A DNA stretch of 54,598 bases from Thermodesulfobacteriota bacterium (lineage in GTDB: Bacteria; Desulfobacterota; Desulfobacteria; Desulfobacterales; Desulfobacteraceae). The notes below the pieces were generated by a model, which was given only the letters and a program-made list of their open reading frames with translations, made no database searches and was not told the origin of the DNA. Location of the stretch: the NCBI GenBank assembly GCA_034660495.1, contig JAYEJJ010000221.1, positions 23,549-78,146 of the forward strand. The letters run 5' to 3'. Positions 19,100 to 27,759 of this stretch are shown here, piece after piece. Position 1 is the stretch's first letter. The number at the start of each line of letters is the position of its first letter. A program made the translations under genes and the position numbers.

Positions 19100-19420
19100 A
19101 TGACAACCATACCCGGACACAATATAGTCATTCAGCAGTCAGGGGCATTGCATGAGGCCATACACCATGTAAAACCCAATGCACCCCTGCCTGAACAGCT
19201 GGCATACCATCAGGCAGCACGGGAGGCCCTTGAAAAAAGCAGTGTACAGGAAACTGAAAAGCCGGAAAAAGCAAAGCAGAAAAAGGAAAAAGCCATAGAG
19301 GAAAGAGAAGCACGCAGGGAAAGGGAACGGCAGAAAAGAAATGCTGAGAAAAAGAAAAAAAAATCAGAAAAGGATAAAACAGCCGATTTTCCAGGGAGTC
19401 TGCTTAATACCACTGTATGA
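19100..19420 (+). CDS. Hypothetical Lys/Glu-rich small protein (106 aa)
   Basis: AGGAGG RBS. Stop overlaps the next start (ATGA). I recognise no family. Confidence 0.5.
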   Translation: MTTIPGHNIVIQQSGALHEAIHHVKPNAPLPEQLAYHQAAREALEKSSVQETEKPEKAKQKKEKAIEEREARRERERQKRNAEKKKKKSEKDKTADFPGSLLNTTV

Positions 19421-20058
19421 TTGAATTGTTTTCCATTGAATTCTGGATCTGTATACAGCTGTTTGTCGATCTTGTTTTTGCCGCTCTTTTGTTTATATTT
19501 GTAAAAAGGGTGGGTAAAGCGTTGAAAAACAGACCAGAAGCCGAGGACTTAAGTTTCGGGTCTGATCCAGGGTCAAAACTTAGGTCTAAGCTGGACAGCT
19601 ATCCTGCAGAAAAAGCGGCAGAGGAGATTATTGGCCTGCTGGAGCCCCTTGTTGCTGAAGCAGAACGTGCGGCGAAAATCTTTGACGGTCAGATAAAGGA
19701 AAAGAAGAAATTGATAAACGGGGTCAATGATGCCCTGGATTCAAGAATTATAAGTATCAATCTTCTTCTTTCACGGGCTGAGGCCCTTTACAGATCCCAG
19801 AAGGAATCCAGTCCACTTGAAGCATGCCAGCGGCCAAACGATTTTTCAAATGCTCCTTTTAATCCCTCTTCCAGCAGCCGCCCTTCAGACCTGGGTAAAA
19901 AAGGGGATGTATTTGACCAGCAGAAGCGTATTATTGATTTATACACCCAGGGGTTCGGCATTGAGGCCATAGCCTCAAAGCTGTCCATGCCCAAGGGGGA
20001 AGTTCAGCTGGTGGTCAGTCTTAAACAGAAATTTGTCAATATGGAAAATCAAAAGTGA
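19417..20058 (+). CDS. Hypothetical membrane-anchored protein with a C-terminal HTH-like segment (possibly DUF2802-like)
   Basis: N-terminal TM helix (FWICIQLFVDLVFAALLFIFV). The C-terminus IIDLYTQGFGIEAIASKLSMPKGEVQLVVSL resembles a short HTH. Translationally coupled on both sides. Confidence 0.5.
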   Translation: MIELFSIEFWICIQLFVDLVFAALLFIFVKRVGKALKNRPEAEDLSFGSDPGSKLRSKLDSYPAEKAAEEIIGLLEPLVAEAERAAKIFDGQIKEKKKLINGVNDALDSRIISINLLLSRAEALYRSQKESSPLEACQRPNDFSNAPFNPSSSSRPSDLGKKGDVFDQQKRIIDLYTQGFGIEAIASKLSMPKGEVQLVVSLKQKFVNMENQK

Positions 20059-21284
20059 TCAAGGGCATTGATATTTTATCTTCTGACGTGAAGCTCAGAC
20101 CTGAAGCCAATGAAAAATCAGTGCTTTCTTTTTTAAAAAAAAACGATATTGTAGAGGCCAGGGTGCTGAAACTCATCCCCCCGTCAAAGGCTGAACTTCT
20201 CATTGCAGGGAAAAAAGTAGTGGCAGACACCAGTGTTTTTCTAAAACAGGGGGACACCATTCAGCTGAAGTTTACACCTGAAAAAAACCTTCAGATTTTA
20301 AAGCTTGTCTCTCCTTCAAACAGGGACGTCCCATCTGCTGCTGCCCTGCTTGGCGCTTTAACAAAGGCCGGTCCCTTTTCCCATTTACAGAATCTGTTTG
20401 GTGGGCTCACAGATGTGACAAAAACGTCCATCCAGGAAAATTTGCAGTCTATCCCTTTTTTTTCAGAAATGAAAGCAGATCCATCCCTTATGGGGGAAAG
20501 AGCCGGACAGACGGGAAAGATGCTGCAGCAGCTTGGGGAGAAACTCCTTGAACTGGCCTTAAAATCTGAACATGCAGACAAGGGTTTTCTGCCCCGGGTT
20601 CTAAATCAAAGCGGTCTGCTTCACGAAAGAAATCTGTCCCGCCTTTTATTTAACCCGCCCTCTGTTTTGGGGAAGGAATCCTTAGCTGCGGGGAAAGATG
20701 TTCCTGTTTCCGGGAAAGAACTGCCTGAAAAATTTTCTAATCTGGATCTCAAAGCCTTTGTTTTAAAATCCCTGGCAGGAGATACGGGAAAAGATCCAGT
20801 CCTGATCCGGTCTTTAAAGGGGTTTGCTGAAACCATTGAAAAATTTCAGGTTTTAAATCATCACACCTCAGATACCAATAGATATTTGATTCCCTTTCCT
20901 GTTTTTGCCGATGATTTACTGGGGTCAGGACAGCTTTTCCTGGATCTGGGCAAAGCCGCCAGGGAAAGAGACAAAAAGGAAAGCCGTCTGATAAAACTCT
21001 CCATTCTTTTGAATATGTCTTTTCTGGGTGCCGTCAGGGTGGACGGGTCTGTTCTGAACAAGGAGATTTCAGGGGTTTTCAAGGTCTCCAGTGAGGACAT
21101 GGTTAAATTTGTAAAATCACATATTTCAAATCTTAAAAAAGCCCTTTTAAAACAGGGGTTTACCCTGACCAGCATGGAATGCAGAATGGCCGCTTCGGTA
21201 GAGCTTGAAGAAAATGCGCTTTTTAACATGGTTTTAAAAGAGGATCAGGACAGGGCAGACCAGGGTGTGGATATAATTATATGA
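20055..21284 (+). CDS. Hypothetical protein with a FliK-C-terminal (Flg_hook)-like region
   Basis: GTG start overlaps the upstream stop. The segment LIPFPVFADDLLGSGQLFLDLGK...LSILLNMSFLGAVRVDGSVLNKEISGVFKVSSEDMVKFVKSHISNLKKALLKQGF resembles the hook-length-control C-terminal domain. Weak call. Confidence 0.4.
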   Translation: MIKGIDILSSDVKLRPEANEKSVLSFLKKNDIVEARVLKLIPPSKAELLIAGKKVVADTSVFLKQGDTIQLKFTPEKNLQILKLVSPSNRDVPSAAALLGALTKAGPFSHLQNLFGGLTDVTKTSIQENLQSIPFFSEMKADPSLMGERAGQTGKMLQQLGEKLLELALKSEHADKGFLPRVLNQSGLLHERNLSRLLFNPPSVLGKESLAAGKDVPVSGKELPEKFSNLDLKAFVLKSLAGDTGKDPVLIRSLKGFAETIEKFQVLNHHTSDTNRYLIPFPVFADDLLGSGQLFLDLGKAARERDKKESRLIKLSILLNMSFLGAVRVDGSVLNKEISGVFKVSSEDMVKFVKSHISNLKKALLKQGFTLTSMECRMAASVELEENALFNMVLKEDQDRADQGVDIII

Positions 21285-21811
21285 AAACCAGGGGGATTCA
21301 AATCGGGATTGGTTCTTTTGCTCTGTGCACAGGTGCTTTGATTTATCTTGTGGACCGGCCTCCAGAATCCACCTATTTTGTGGATCAGTTTTTTTACAAA
21401 TTTACTTTATATGGAATTATTCCAAATATTTTTGGAAGTGCCCATAAAAATCTGGCATCTTTTCTGCACGTGTTTTCCTTTGTAATGATATCAGCAGGTA
21501 TTTCAGCGGATTCAAAAACCGGATATTTAATGACAGCCCTGGGCTGGGCCGCGGTTAATACGGCTTTTGAAGTCGGTCAATATTTTGACACGGCTGCTGC
21601 CGCCATGGTTCCGGCATGGTTTGAAAATTATCCCCTGCTTGACGCAGTGGACAAATATTTTACAGCGGGCTGTTTTGATATCTTTGATATTGCAGCTGTT
21701 TTTGCAGGCGCAGCAGCTGGTTTTTTTGTACTGGTTGGTATAGACCTTTATCTTGTAAGATCAGGGGGAGAGCTCAAACTATTTGGAGAAAAAAGGATTT
21801 TAAATGAATAA
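21281..21811 (+). CDS. Hypothetical small polytopic membrane protein (176 aa, ~4 TM)
   Basis: Hydrophobic segments throughout. Start overlaps the upstream stop and the stop overlaps the next start. Confidence 0.55.
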   Translation: MKTRGIQIGIGSFALCTGALIYLVDRPPESTYFVDQFFYKFTLYGIIPNIFGSAHKNLASFLHVFSFVMISAGISADSKTGYLMTALGWAAVNTAFEVGQYFDTAAAAMVPAWFENYPLLDAVDKYFTAGCFDIFDIAAVFAGAAAGFFVLVGIDLYLVRSGGELKLFGEKRILNE

Positions 21812-23459
21812 GATAAGTGCGTTAAAAATCATGCGGGGGGCAGCTGGATGTTTTGCGGCTGTTCTGGGGATGGCAGCCATTATTGCAACCAGTGGAGACA
21901 GCGGCGGCGGGTCTGGCGATGCAGCACCGCCTGCAACCGGCGTGGTAATTGATATGCCGGCTGACGGCAGTGCCTATGTTCACGGCTGCACTGTCAGTTT
22001 TATCAGTAAATTATCGGATCCGGCCGATGGTGAGACCTATACGTATTCCTGGATTTCAGACCAGGACGGGGAGCTTGGTACGACCACCAATGTCACCTCC
22101 AATGCCCTTTCTTCAGGTCCCCATGAAATTATTCTGACGGTAACAGACGCGGCCGGTAATACCGTGGGCTCTGATTCGGTTAACATTACCATTGGCGAAG
22201 CAGATACCTCTTCTGATGCCGCATCAAATACCCCGCCCAATGCAGACATTACCTCACCTTCAACCCTTTTGTCCTTTAATACAGGGGAAACCATTACCTT
22301 TGAAGGAACAGGAACAGATGCTGAAGACGGCACCCTGACCGGAGATGCCCTTGTGTGGAGTTCAGACCGGGACGGCGGCCTTGGTACAGGCGCTTCCCTT
22401 TCCAATGCCAGCCTAAGTGAAGGCGAGCACACCATTACCCTGACGGCTTCAGACACCAGCGGCAGTTCAGCCATGGCGTTTATCATTATCACGGTGGGGT
22501 CTTCGGCCAATGCACCGGCGGTTATCATTTCAAGTCCTGCAGAAAGTCCTTCAGGCACCTATGAGGCCAAAGCCGGGGATACCATCAATTTTATCGGCAG
22601 TGCATCAGACTTTGACGGATCTCCCATTGCAGATGAAAATCTTGAATGGATTTCTTCAAGGGATGGAAAAATTGGGACCGGCAGTGTATTGTCCCTTGAC
22701 ACCAGCAATATCCCTTTGAAAAATGCGCCCTTGAAAGAGGGTGACCATACCATTTATCTCAGAGCCTCTGGCAGCGCAGGGACAGGTCAGGCATCCATCG
22801 TAATTACCCTTGTGAATACAGGCCCTGCTGCAGACATATCCAATCCACCCAAAACCTGTCCAGATACCAATGCCCTGTGCCAGACCTTTGCCCCGGGGGA
22901 ATGGATTGATTTTCATGGAACTGCTTTGGACAGTGAAGACGGAGATCTTTCCGGAGACAGCCTTGAATGGAGATCCCATATTGACGGGCTTCTGGGAACA
23001 GGCGAGCGCCTCAGCATTAATACAGACAATGTCCAGGCCCTGAACAATTCCCCCATGACCCATGGGGAGCATATCATCACCTTGATGGCAAAGGACAGCT
23101 GGGGCTCAACTGGAACAGATTCGATTATCATTAATATCGGGGAAAACACTCCGCCTGTACCTTCCATTACCTATCCTGAAGGGGATTATACCAGTCCGGC
23201 ATCCACCGGGTATGTTATTTTTTTCGGAAAGGCCGAAGACGCGGAAGAGGGGTCCCTGACCAGTGATACCCTGGAATGGTTTCGCTCGGATCAGGCCAAT
23301 ACAATCACACCCGGGGAAGCACCCGGATCAGGGGTGCTGACCTCCTCTGTAAGTCTTGATATTTCATCGTTTGAAGCAGGCATCCATACCATTTCCCTTG
23401 TGGCCACGGACAGCAATGGGGAAAAAGGGGTTGTCACACGCAGTATAACCGTTCCATAG
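21804..23459 (+). CDS. Secreted protein with five tandem Ig-like (PKD/Big-like) repeats
   Basis: N-terminal signal/anchor (AAGCFAAVLGMAAIIATSG). The ~93-aa repeat occurs five times with the motif D-EDG-L-G-L-W-S-DG-LGTG...LS-G-H-ITL-A-D-G. Confidence 0.7.
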   Translation: MNKISALKIMRGAAGCFAAVLGMAAIIATSGDSGGGSGDAAPPATGVVIDMPADGSAYVHGCTVSFISKLSDPADGETYTYSWISDQDGELGTTTNVTSNALSSGPHEIILTVTDAAGNTVGSDSVNITIGEADTSSDAASNTPPNADITSPSTLLSFNTGETITFEGTGTDAEDGTLTGDALVWSSDRDGGLGTGASLSNASLSEGEHTITLTASDTSGSSAMAFIIITVGSSANAPAVIISSPAESPSGTYEAKAGDTINFIGSASDFDGSPIADENLEWISSRDGKIGTGSVLSLDTSNIPLKNAPLKEGDHTIYLRASGSAGTGQASIVITLVNTGPAADISNPPKTCPDTNALCQTFAPGEWIDFHGTALDSEDGDLSGDSLEWRSHIDGLLGTGERLSINTDNVQALNNSPMTHGEHIITLMAKDSWGSTGTDSIIINIGENTPPVPSITYPEGDYTSPASTGYVIFFGKAEDAEEGSLTSDTLEWFRSDQANTITPGEAPGSGVLTSSVSLDISSFEAGIHTISLVATDSNGEKGVVTRSITVP

Positions 23460-23460
23460 A

Positions 23461-23567
23461 GAAGACATATCACTGCCCCCAGCGGTTGCCTGTCAGGAAA
23501 AAAGTCTGATCTCCTTTGGTTCTCAATGTTCCTGACAGCCAACCGCTGGGGGCTCTTATAGGTCTTC
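23461..23567. repeat. Long hairpin repeat (cctgtcagg family), copy 2
   Basis: Arms gaagac..cccccagcggttgcctgtcagg / cctgacagccaaccgctgggggc..gtcttc. The loop is homologous to the 5995-6080 copy. It starts 2 nt after the upstream stop codon. Confidence 0.8.
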
Positions 23568-23686
23568 GCATATGGATTGAGTCCTTCCTCTTATAGTTAG
23601 AAGGTAAGATTGGTATCAGTTCACTTGCGAACATCTATAATCGGCTTTTCCATAAAAATTTGATAATCGAGTAAAAGGAAATGAAT

Positions 23687-26600
23687 ATGCCAGAACATCT
23701 CATGACGTTTTTAAAAAAAAGAACAGCCTGCTTTGCCTGCTTTTTTGTTTTTTTTATAATGACTTCTGTGCCAGCCTTTGGTACTGAACCTGTGGTTACC
23801 ATAACCTCTCCGGATGATGGCTCTGACGCTTTTTACGGAAACCGTGTGGATTTTGTGGGCAGTGCTGTTGATGATACAGACGGGGATTCCATTGCCTCTT
23901 ACAGCTGGACATCTGACCTTGACGGTGCGCTTTCCACAGATCCGACCTTTCATTCAAACAATTTAAGTGTGGGCGAGCATTCGATTAAGCTCTTTGCAAC
24001 AGATTCAGGATCTGAAACCGGGTTTGCCCAAATTTCCTTAATCATTAAGAACAATAATCCCACGGCTAGAATAATTTCTCCCTATGGAGGACGAATCTTT
24101 GACTATGGCCAAAACATCCCTTTCACAGGAAAAGGAACTGATATAAAGGACGGAATACTCTTCGGTAACAGTATGTCATGGTCTTCAGATATTGACGGTG
24201 TGATCGGTACCGGGCAGAATTTCGGCACCACTAACCTTTCCAGTGGCTCACACACCATTACCCTGACAGTCACAGATTCCAACGGCGGCACAGGCACTGC
24301 CACAGTGGTTATACAAGTTAGAAATACCGTTCCGGAAACCGAAATAAGTGCTCCAGCAGACGGTTCAAATTTTGCCTTTGGTGAACTGATTACGTTTCAG
24401 GGAAAAGCGGTTGATCCTGAACAAGGAAATTTGATCGGGGATGCCCTTGTCTGGACCTCCAGCCAGGGAGATCCAATGGGAACCGGAGAAAATCCTGGCA
24501 TTGATACCCTGTCCAGTGGCAGCCATGTCATCACCCTGACAGCCACGGACAGCGGCGGCAACAGCTCTTCAGATGATATCACCATATCCATCGGCAATGC
24601 CCCGCCCCATGCAGAAATCACAGCCCCTGAAGACGGAAGTTCCTTTGGATACAAGGAATTCATTACCTTTAAAGGAATTGGATCAGATACGGAAGACGGT
24701 GATCTTGCTGGAAGTGCTCTGGTGTGGACCCGTTCAGCAGCAGCAGGAGAAGATGTTGAAATAGGAACTGGAAAAACACTTTCAGTTAATAATTTTCCCA
24801 GCGGTACCCATACCATTGTCCTGACAGTTACGGATACAGAGGGTCTGTACGCAGAAGACAGCATTGCCCTTATAGTGGGGAATGCCCTTCCATCAGCCGA
24901 GATAATCGCTCCCCTTAATGACAGCGCCCATGTGTTTGGTACGGCCATTCAATTTGAAGGAAGTGCCGTTGATCCTGAGGATGGATCTCTGACAGACAGC
25001 AGCCTGTCCTGGTCATCCTCAAAGGACGGAGTGATCGGATCAGGGGCCAGTGTGTCCCGAAGCGACCTGTCTGTGGGCAGCCATGTCATCACCTTGGCAG
25101 CCAAGGACAGCGAAGGCAAAGCAGCGGAAGCATCCATCAATATCACAGTGGGAGATCAGGCACCCGATAGTATTTCCATTGACACGCCCATGGACGGGGC
25201 AAGTTTTTATCTCGGTGAATTTATCGAATTTAAAGGAATTGCTTCAGACAAGGAGGACGGGTCCTTAAAAGGAGCTTCCCTGGTCTGGACGTCGGATTTT
25301 GAAAAAACATCATTGAATCCAGCAGGCACCATAGGGGAAGGAAATTCCTTTTCAGTAAGCAATCTGAAAAAAGGAGAACACCTGATAACCCTGACGGCAA
25401 CAGACAGCAGTGGTGCGTCTGTTTCCACCTTTATTGTGATAGAGGTACTCAATCAGCTTCCAGTTCCCCGGATCACAGCGCCTTTAAACAACGCGTCCTT
25501 TGTTCAGGGGGAGGAAGTCAAATTTTCGGCCAGTGTCACCGATGCCGAGGATGTGCAGCTTACCGGCAGCGCCCTTGTCTGGAAGTCAGATATAGATGAT
25601 GTGATCGGTACGGGTGTGACCCCGTCAGCTGTTCTTTCATCTGGAAAACACACCATCACCCTTATGGCCATTGATGCACAGGGTGACAGTGCAGAAGACA
25701 GCATTTCCCTGACCGTTGAAGCCGGACAGGAAAATGACCCATTAGCCCTTGAAAAAGACAATGTGTCAGTTAATTTCATGTCTCTGTGTCTGGATGCCAC
25801 TGAAACCATAAGTATCACCGGCGGATTCCTGCCCTTAAGAGCCAATATAAAGCAGTATTCTCCAAAAATTGTTGAATCTGAGATCACCCATCGCATATTG
25901 AAAATCAAACCTTTGGAAACCGGGACCACAACACTTGAGGTCCGGGATCACAATGAGCATGTCATTTCTTTGACGGTTGAGGTGCTGCCCGAATCAGGCG
26001 AATTTTCCACTGCCAGCGCAGGACCGGATCAAAATGTGATGGAATTTGAAACCGTGACCCTTGACGGGTCTTTTTCAGTGCCGGGCAATTCCGGGATCAC
26101 ATCCTGGAACTGGCAGCAGATCAGCGGCAGCGTAAATGTGGTTCTGTCAGATCCTTCTGCTGAAATAACGACCTTTGTGGCCCCTTGTGCGGATTTTGTC
26201 TCATCATTGACCTTTCAGCTGACCATAACAGACAATAAGGGAAATAAAAGTACAGACGAAATAACAGTGAGTGTTGGGGACAACGGCATAGAACAATTTC
26301 CAGATCTGGCGGCCACCTTTAAAAGTGCCGATGGGTCCCATAATCTGGGCATGAACATAGTTGGACAAGGGGATCTGGTTCTGCTCAAGGGCCGGTATTC
26401 GGAGTTTATTTCAGAACAGTACAACAGGCCGGGCAATATGATTTACGGGCTGATACAGTGCAGAATCAAGGTGCCCTCTCCAGGGGACAGGGCTGATTTT
26501 ATTATTTATCTGCCTCAGGGCCTGGCCCAGGACTACAGCTGCTACAAGTACAATGATGCAAAGGGGTGGTATGGGGTCACAGAAAACATCATGTTTGATG

Positions 26601-26800
26601 CCGCCAGGCAAAAAGCGTATATTTCCATTGTGGACGGCGGTCCCTGTGATGATGACGGCGCTGCAGACGGGATCATCACGGATCCGCTGACCTTTGGCAC
26701 CCCGCCCATGGAAAACACCGACCCGCCTGCAGCAGAGGAAGATAGCGGAGGTGGCGGCGGCGGTGGAGGTGGCGGCTGCTTTTTATCCACCCTTTTCTAA
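23687..26800 (+). CDS. Large secreted protein: seven Ig-like repeats, a PKD-like domain and a C-terminal domain ending in a poly-Gly-Cys tail
   Basis: Signal peptide (ACFACFFVFFIMTSVPAFG/TEP). Seven copies of the repeat seen in the upstream gene. PKD-like segment ASAGPDQNV...TLDGS...W.WQQISG...FQLTITDNKGN. Ends DSGGGGGGGGGGCFLSTLF. ATG 23687 has better RBS spacing than 23681. Confidence 0.8.
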   Translation: MPEHLMTFLKKRTACFACFFVFFIMTSVPAFGTEPVVTITSPDDGSDAFYGNRVDFVGSAVDDTDGDSIASYSWTSDLDGALSTDPTFHSNNLSVGEHSIKLFATDSGSETGFAQISLIIKNNNPTARIISPYGGRIFDYGQNIPFTGKGTDIKDGILFGNSMSWSSDIDGVIGTGQNFGTTNLSSGSHTITLTVTDSNGGTGTATVVIQVRNTVPETEISAPADGSNFAFGELITFQGKAVDPEQGNLIGDALVWTSSQGDPMGTGENPGIDTLSSGSHVITLTATDSGGNSSSDDITISIGNAPPHAEITAPEDGSSFGYKEFITFKGIGSDTEDGDLAGSALVWTRSAAAGEDVEIGTGKTLSVNNFPSGTHTIVLTVTDTEGLYAEDSIALIVGNALPSAEIIAPLNDSAHVFGTAIQFEGSAVDPEDGSLTDSSLSWSSSKDGVIGSGASVSRSDLSVGSHVITLAAKDSEGKAAEASINITVGDQAPDSISIDTPMDGASFYLGEFIEFKGIASDKEDGSLKGASLVWTSDFEKTSLNPAGTIGEGNSFSVSNLKKGEHLITLTATDSSGASVSTFIVIEVLNQLPVPRITAPLNNASFVQGEEVKFSASVTDAEDVQLTGSALVWKSDIDDVIGTGVTPSAVLSSGKHTITLMAIDAQGDSAEDSISLTVEAGQENDPLALEKDNVSVNFMSLCLDATETISITGGFLPLRANIKQYSPKIVESEITHRILKIKPLETGTTTLEVRDHNEHVISLTVEVLPESGEFSTASAGPDQNVMEFETVTLDGSFSVPGNSGITSWNWQQISGSVNVVLSDPSAEITTFVAPCADFVSSLTFQLTITDNKGNKSTDEITVSVGDNGIEQFPDLAATFKSADGSHNLGMNIVGQGDLVLLKGRYSEFISEQYNRPGNMIYGLIQCRIKVPSPGDRADFIIYLPQGLAQDYSCYKYNDAKGWYGVTENIMFDAARQKAYISIVDGGPCDDDGAADGIITDPLTFGTPPMENTDPPAAEEDSGGGGGGGGGGCFLSTLF

Positions 26801-26915
26801 ATACAGGGATATAAATACGGGGGATACTTTTATAAATACGGGGGACACTTTACCTATTTTCGCACTATAAATACGGGGGGGGGGGGGACACTCTAAATAC
26901 GGGGACACTTTACCT
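26798..26915. repeat. Array of five direct repeats (A)TAAATACGGGG-A(C/T)ACTTT, including a G13 homopolymer (26875-26887)
   Basis: Copies start at 26798, 26811, 26832, 26867 and 26895. The first copy contains the stop codon of the upstream gene. Confidence 0.85.
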
Positions 26916-26930
26916 GTTTTTTATTTAAAA

Positions 26931-27014
26931 GCCATCAGTACTCAGCTAAAAGCTAACAGCTAACGGCTAACAGCTGTCGATGATCATGGGCCGGCCATGC
27001 CGATTATATGAAAA
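26931..27014. repeat. R1-family mosaic repeat (agct-stutter plus hairpin unit)
   Basis: gccatcagtactcagctaaaagctaacagctaacggctaacagctg followed by tcgatgatcatgggccggccatgccgattatatgaaaag. Confidence 0.75.
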
Positions 27015-27029
27015 GTTGAACGGAAAATC

Positions 27030-27302
27030 ATGAAGCACAAAAAAAGAAAAAAAGCAGTGGCTCTGGCCTATAATCCTGAAAAGGCCGCTGCTCCCAAGGT
27101 TCTGGCTAAAGGAGAAGACAGGATTGCTGAAAAAATTCTCGAAATTGCCAGAAAATACGATATTCCGGTGAAGGATGATCCAGATCTGGTGGAAGTATTG
27201 TCAAAACTTGATATTGACGAAGAGATCCCTCCTGAAATTTACGCGGCTGTTGCTGAACTGCTCGCCTTTATTTATTCTTTGAATTCAAAAAAAGGGGCCT
27301 GA
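27030..27302 (+). CDS. FlhB C-terminal-domain-like small protein (YlqH/FhlB-type)
   Basis: 90 aa. AVALAYNPEKAAAPKVLAKGEDRIAEKILEIARKYDIPVKDDPDLVEVL matches the post-cleavage half of the FlhB/EscU C-terminal domain. Confidence 0.85.
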   Translation: MKHKKRKKAVALAYNPEKAAAPKVLAKGEDRIAEKILEIARKYDIPVKDDPDLVEVLSKLDIDEEIPPEIYAAVAELLAFIYSLNSKKGA

Positions 27303-27304
27303 TC

Positions 27305-27396
27305 TTTATATGAAAGCCATCAGCTGTCAGCCATCAGTACTCAGCTAAAAGCTTTCATGCTTTGTTGTGTCTGTCAAGGCATAGACGTTTATAAGA
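27305..27396. repeat. R1-family mosaic repeat
   Basis: tttatatgaaagccatcagctgtcagccatcagtactcagctaaaagctttcatgctttgttgtgtctgtcaaggcatagacgtttataag. Confidence 0.8.
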
Positions 27397-27427
27397 AACA
27401 CTCGTCAAAGTATTATCATTGGCGGCG

Positions 27428-27486
27428 TTTCATTCTTCGTTGTGGCCGGATCGATGATCATGGTCCGGCCATGCCGGTTATGAAGA
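27428..27486. repeat. R1-family hairpin repeat
   Basis: tttcattcttcgttgtg-gccggatcgatgatcatggtccggc-catgccggttatgaag. Confidence 0.8.
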
Positions 27487-27659
27487 TCCCTAAAGTCTTT
27501 TTGGAATAATTTTCCTCCCAGGCGTCAAAATTTCCTTTCTCAAGTGTTAAAAATCCAGCCTTGAAGAATCTGCCGGCAGGGCAGCTGTATTTGTCATAAT
27601 GGACAAACAGGCTGTCTGTCTGCCGTACAGCCGCTGCATACCAGGCTGTGCTGTGGCAG

Positions 27660-27675
27660 TGGCATTTTTATTGCA
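27660..27675 (+). promoter_or_regulatory. Sigma-54 (-24/-12) promoter candidate for the flgF operon
   Basis: TGGCAT-tttta-TTGCA with exact consensus spacing, ~85 nt upstream of the flgF ATG. Confidence 0.55.
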
Positions 27676-27759
27676 TTCTTTCTGTTTAAGCCAAAAAGAG
27701 ACAGAGCAAGAGGTAACTTAAAACCAGGTGTAAGTAAAACCAGGTGTAAGGATAAACAT

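Noticed and set aside
19100-19420. The Lys/Glu-rich 106-aa protein as the missing anti-sigma factor FlgM
   Set aside because: It lacks the conserved C-terminal sigma-28-binding helix pattern of FlgM. Only the position is suggestive, so it is kept as hypothetical.
21281-21811. The 4-TM protein as a rhombosortase/exosortase-type processing enzyme for the Gly-Cys tail protein
   Set aside because: No rhomboid GxSG/His motif or exosortase Cys-Arg-His motifs are visible, so the idea is unsupported by the sequence.
26990-26997. GCCGATTA resembling a sigma-28 -10 box upstream of the flhB-CT-like gene
   Set aside because: It lies inside an R1 repeat (other copies read catgccggttat) and has no acceptable -35 element at the N11 spacing.
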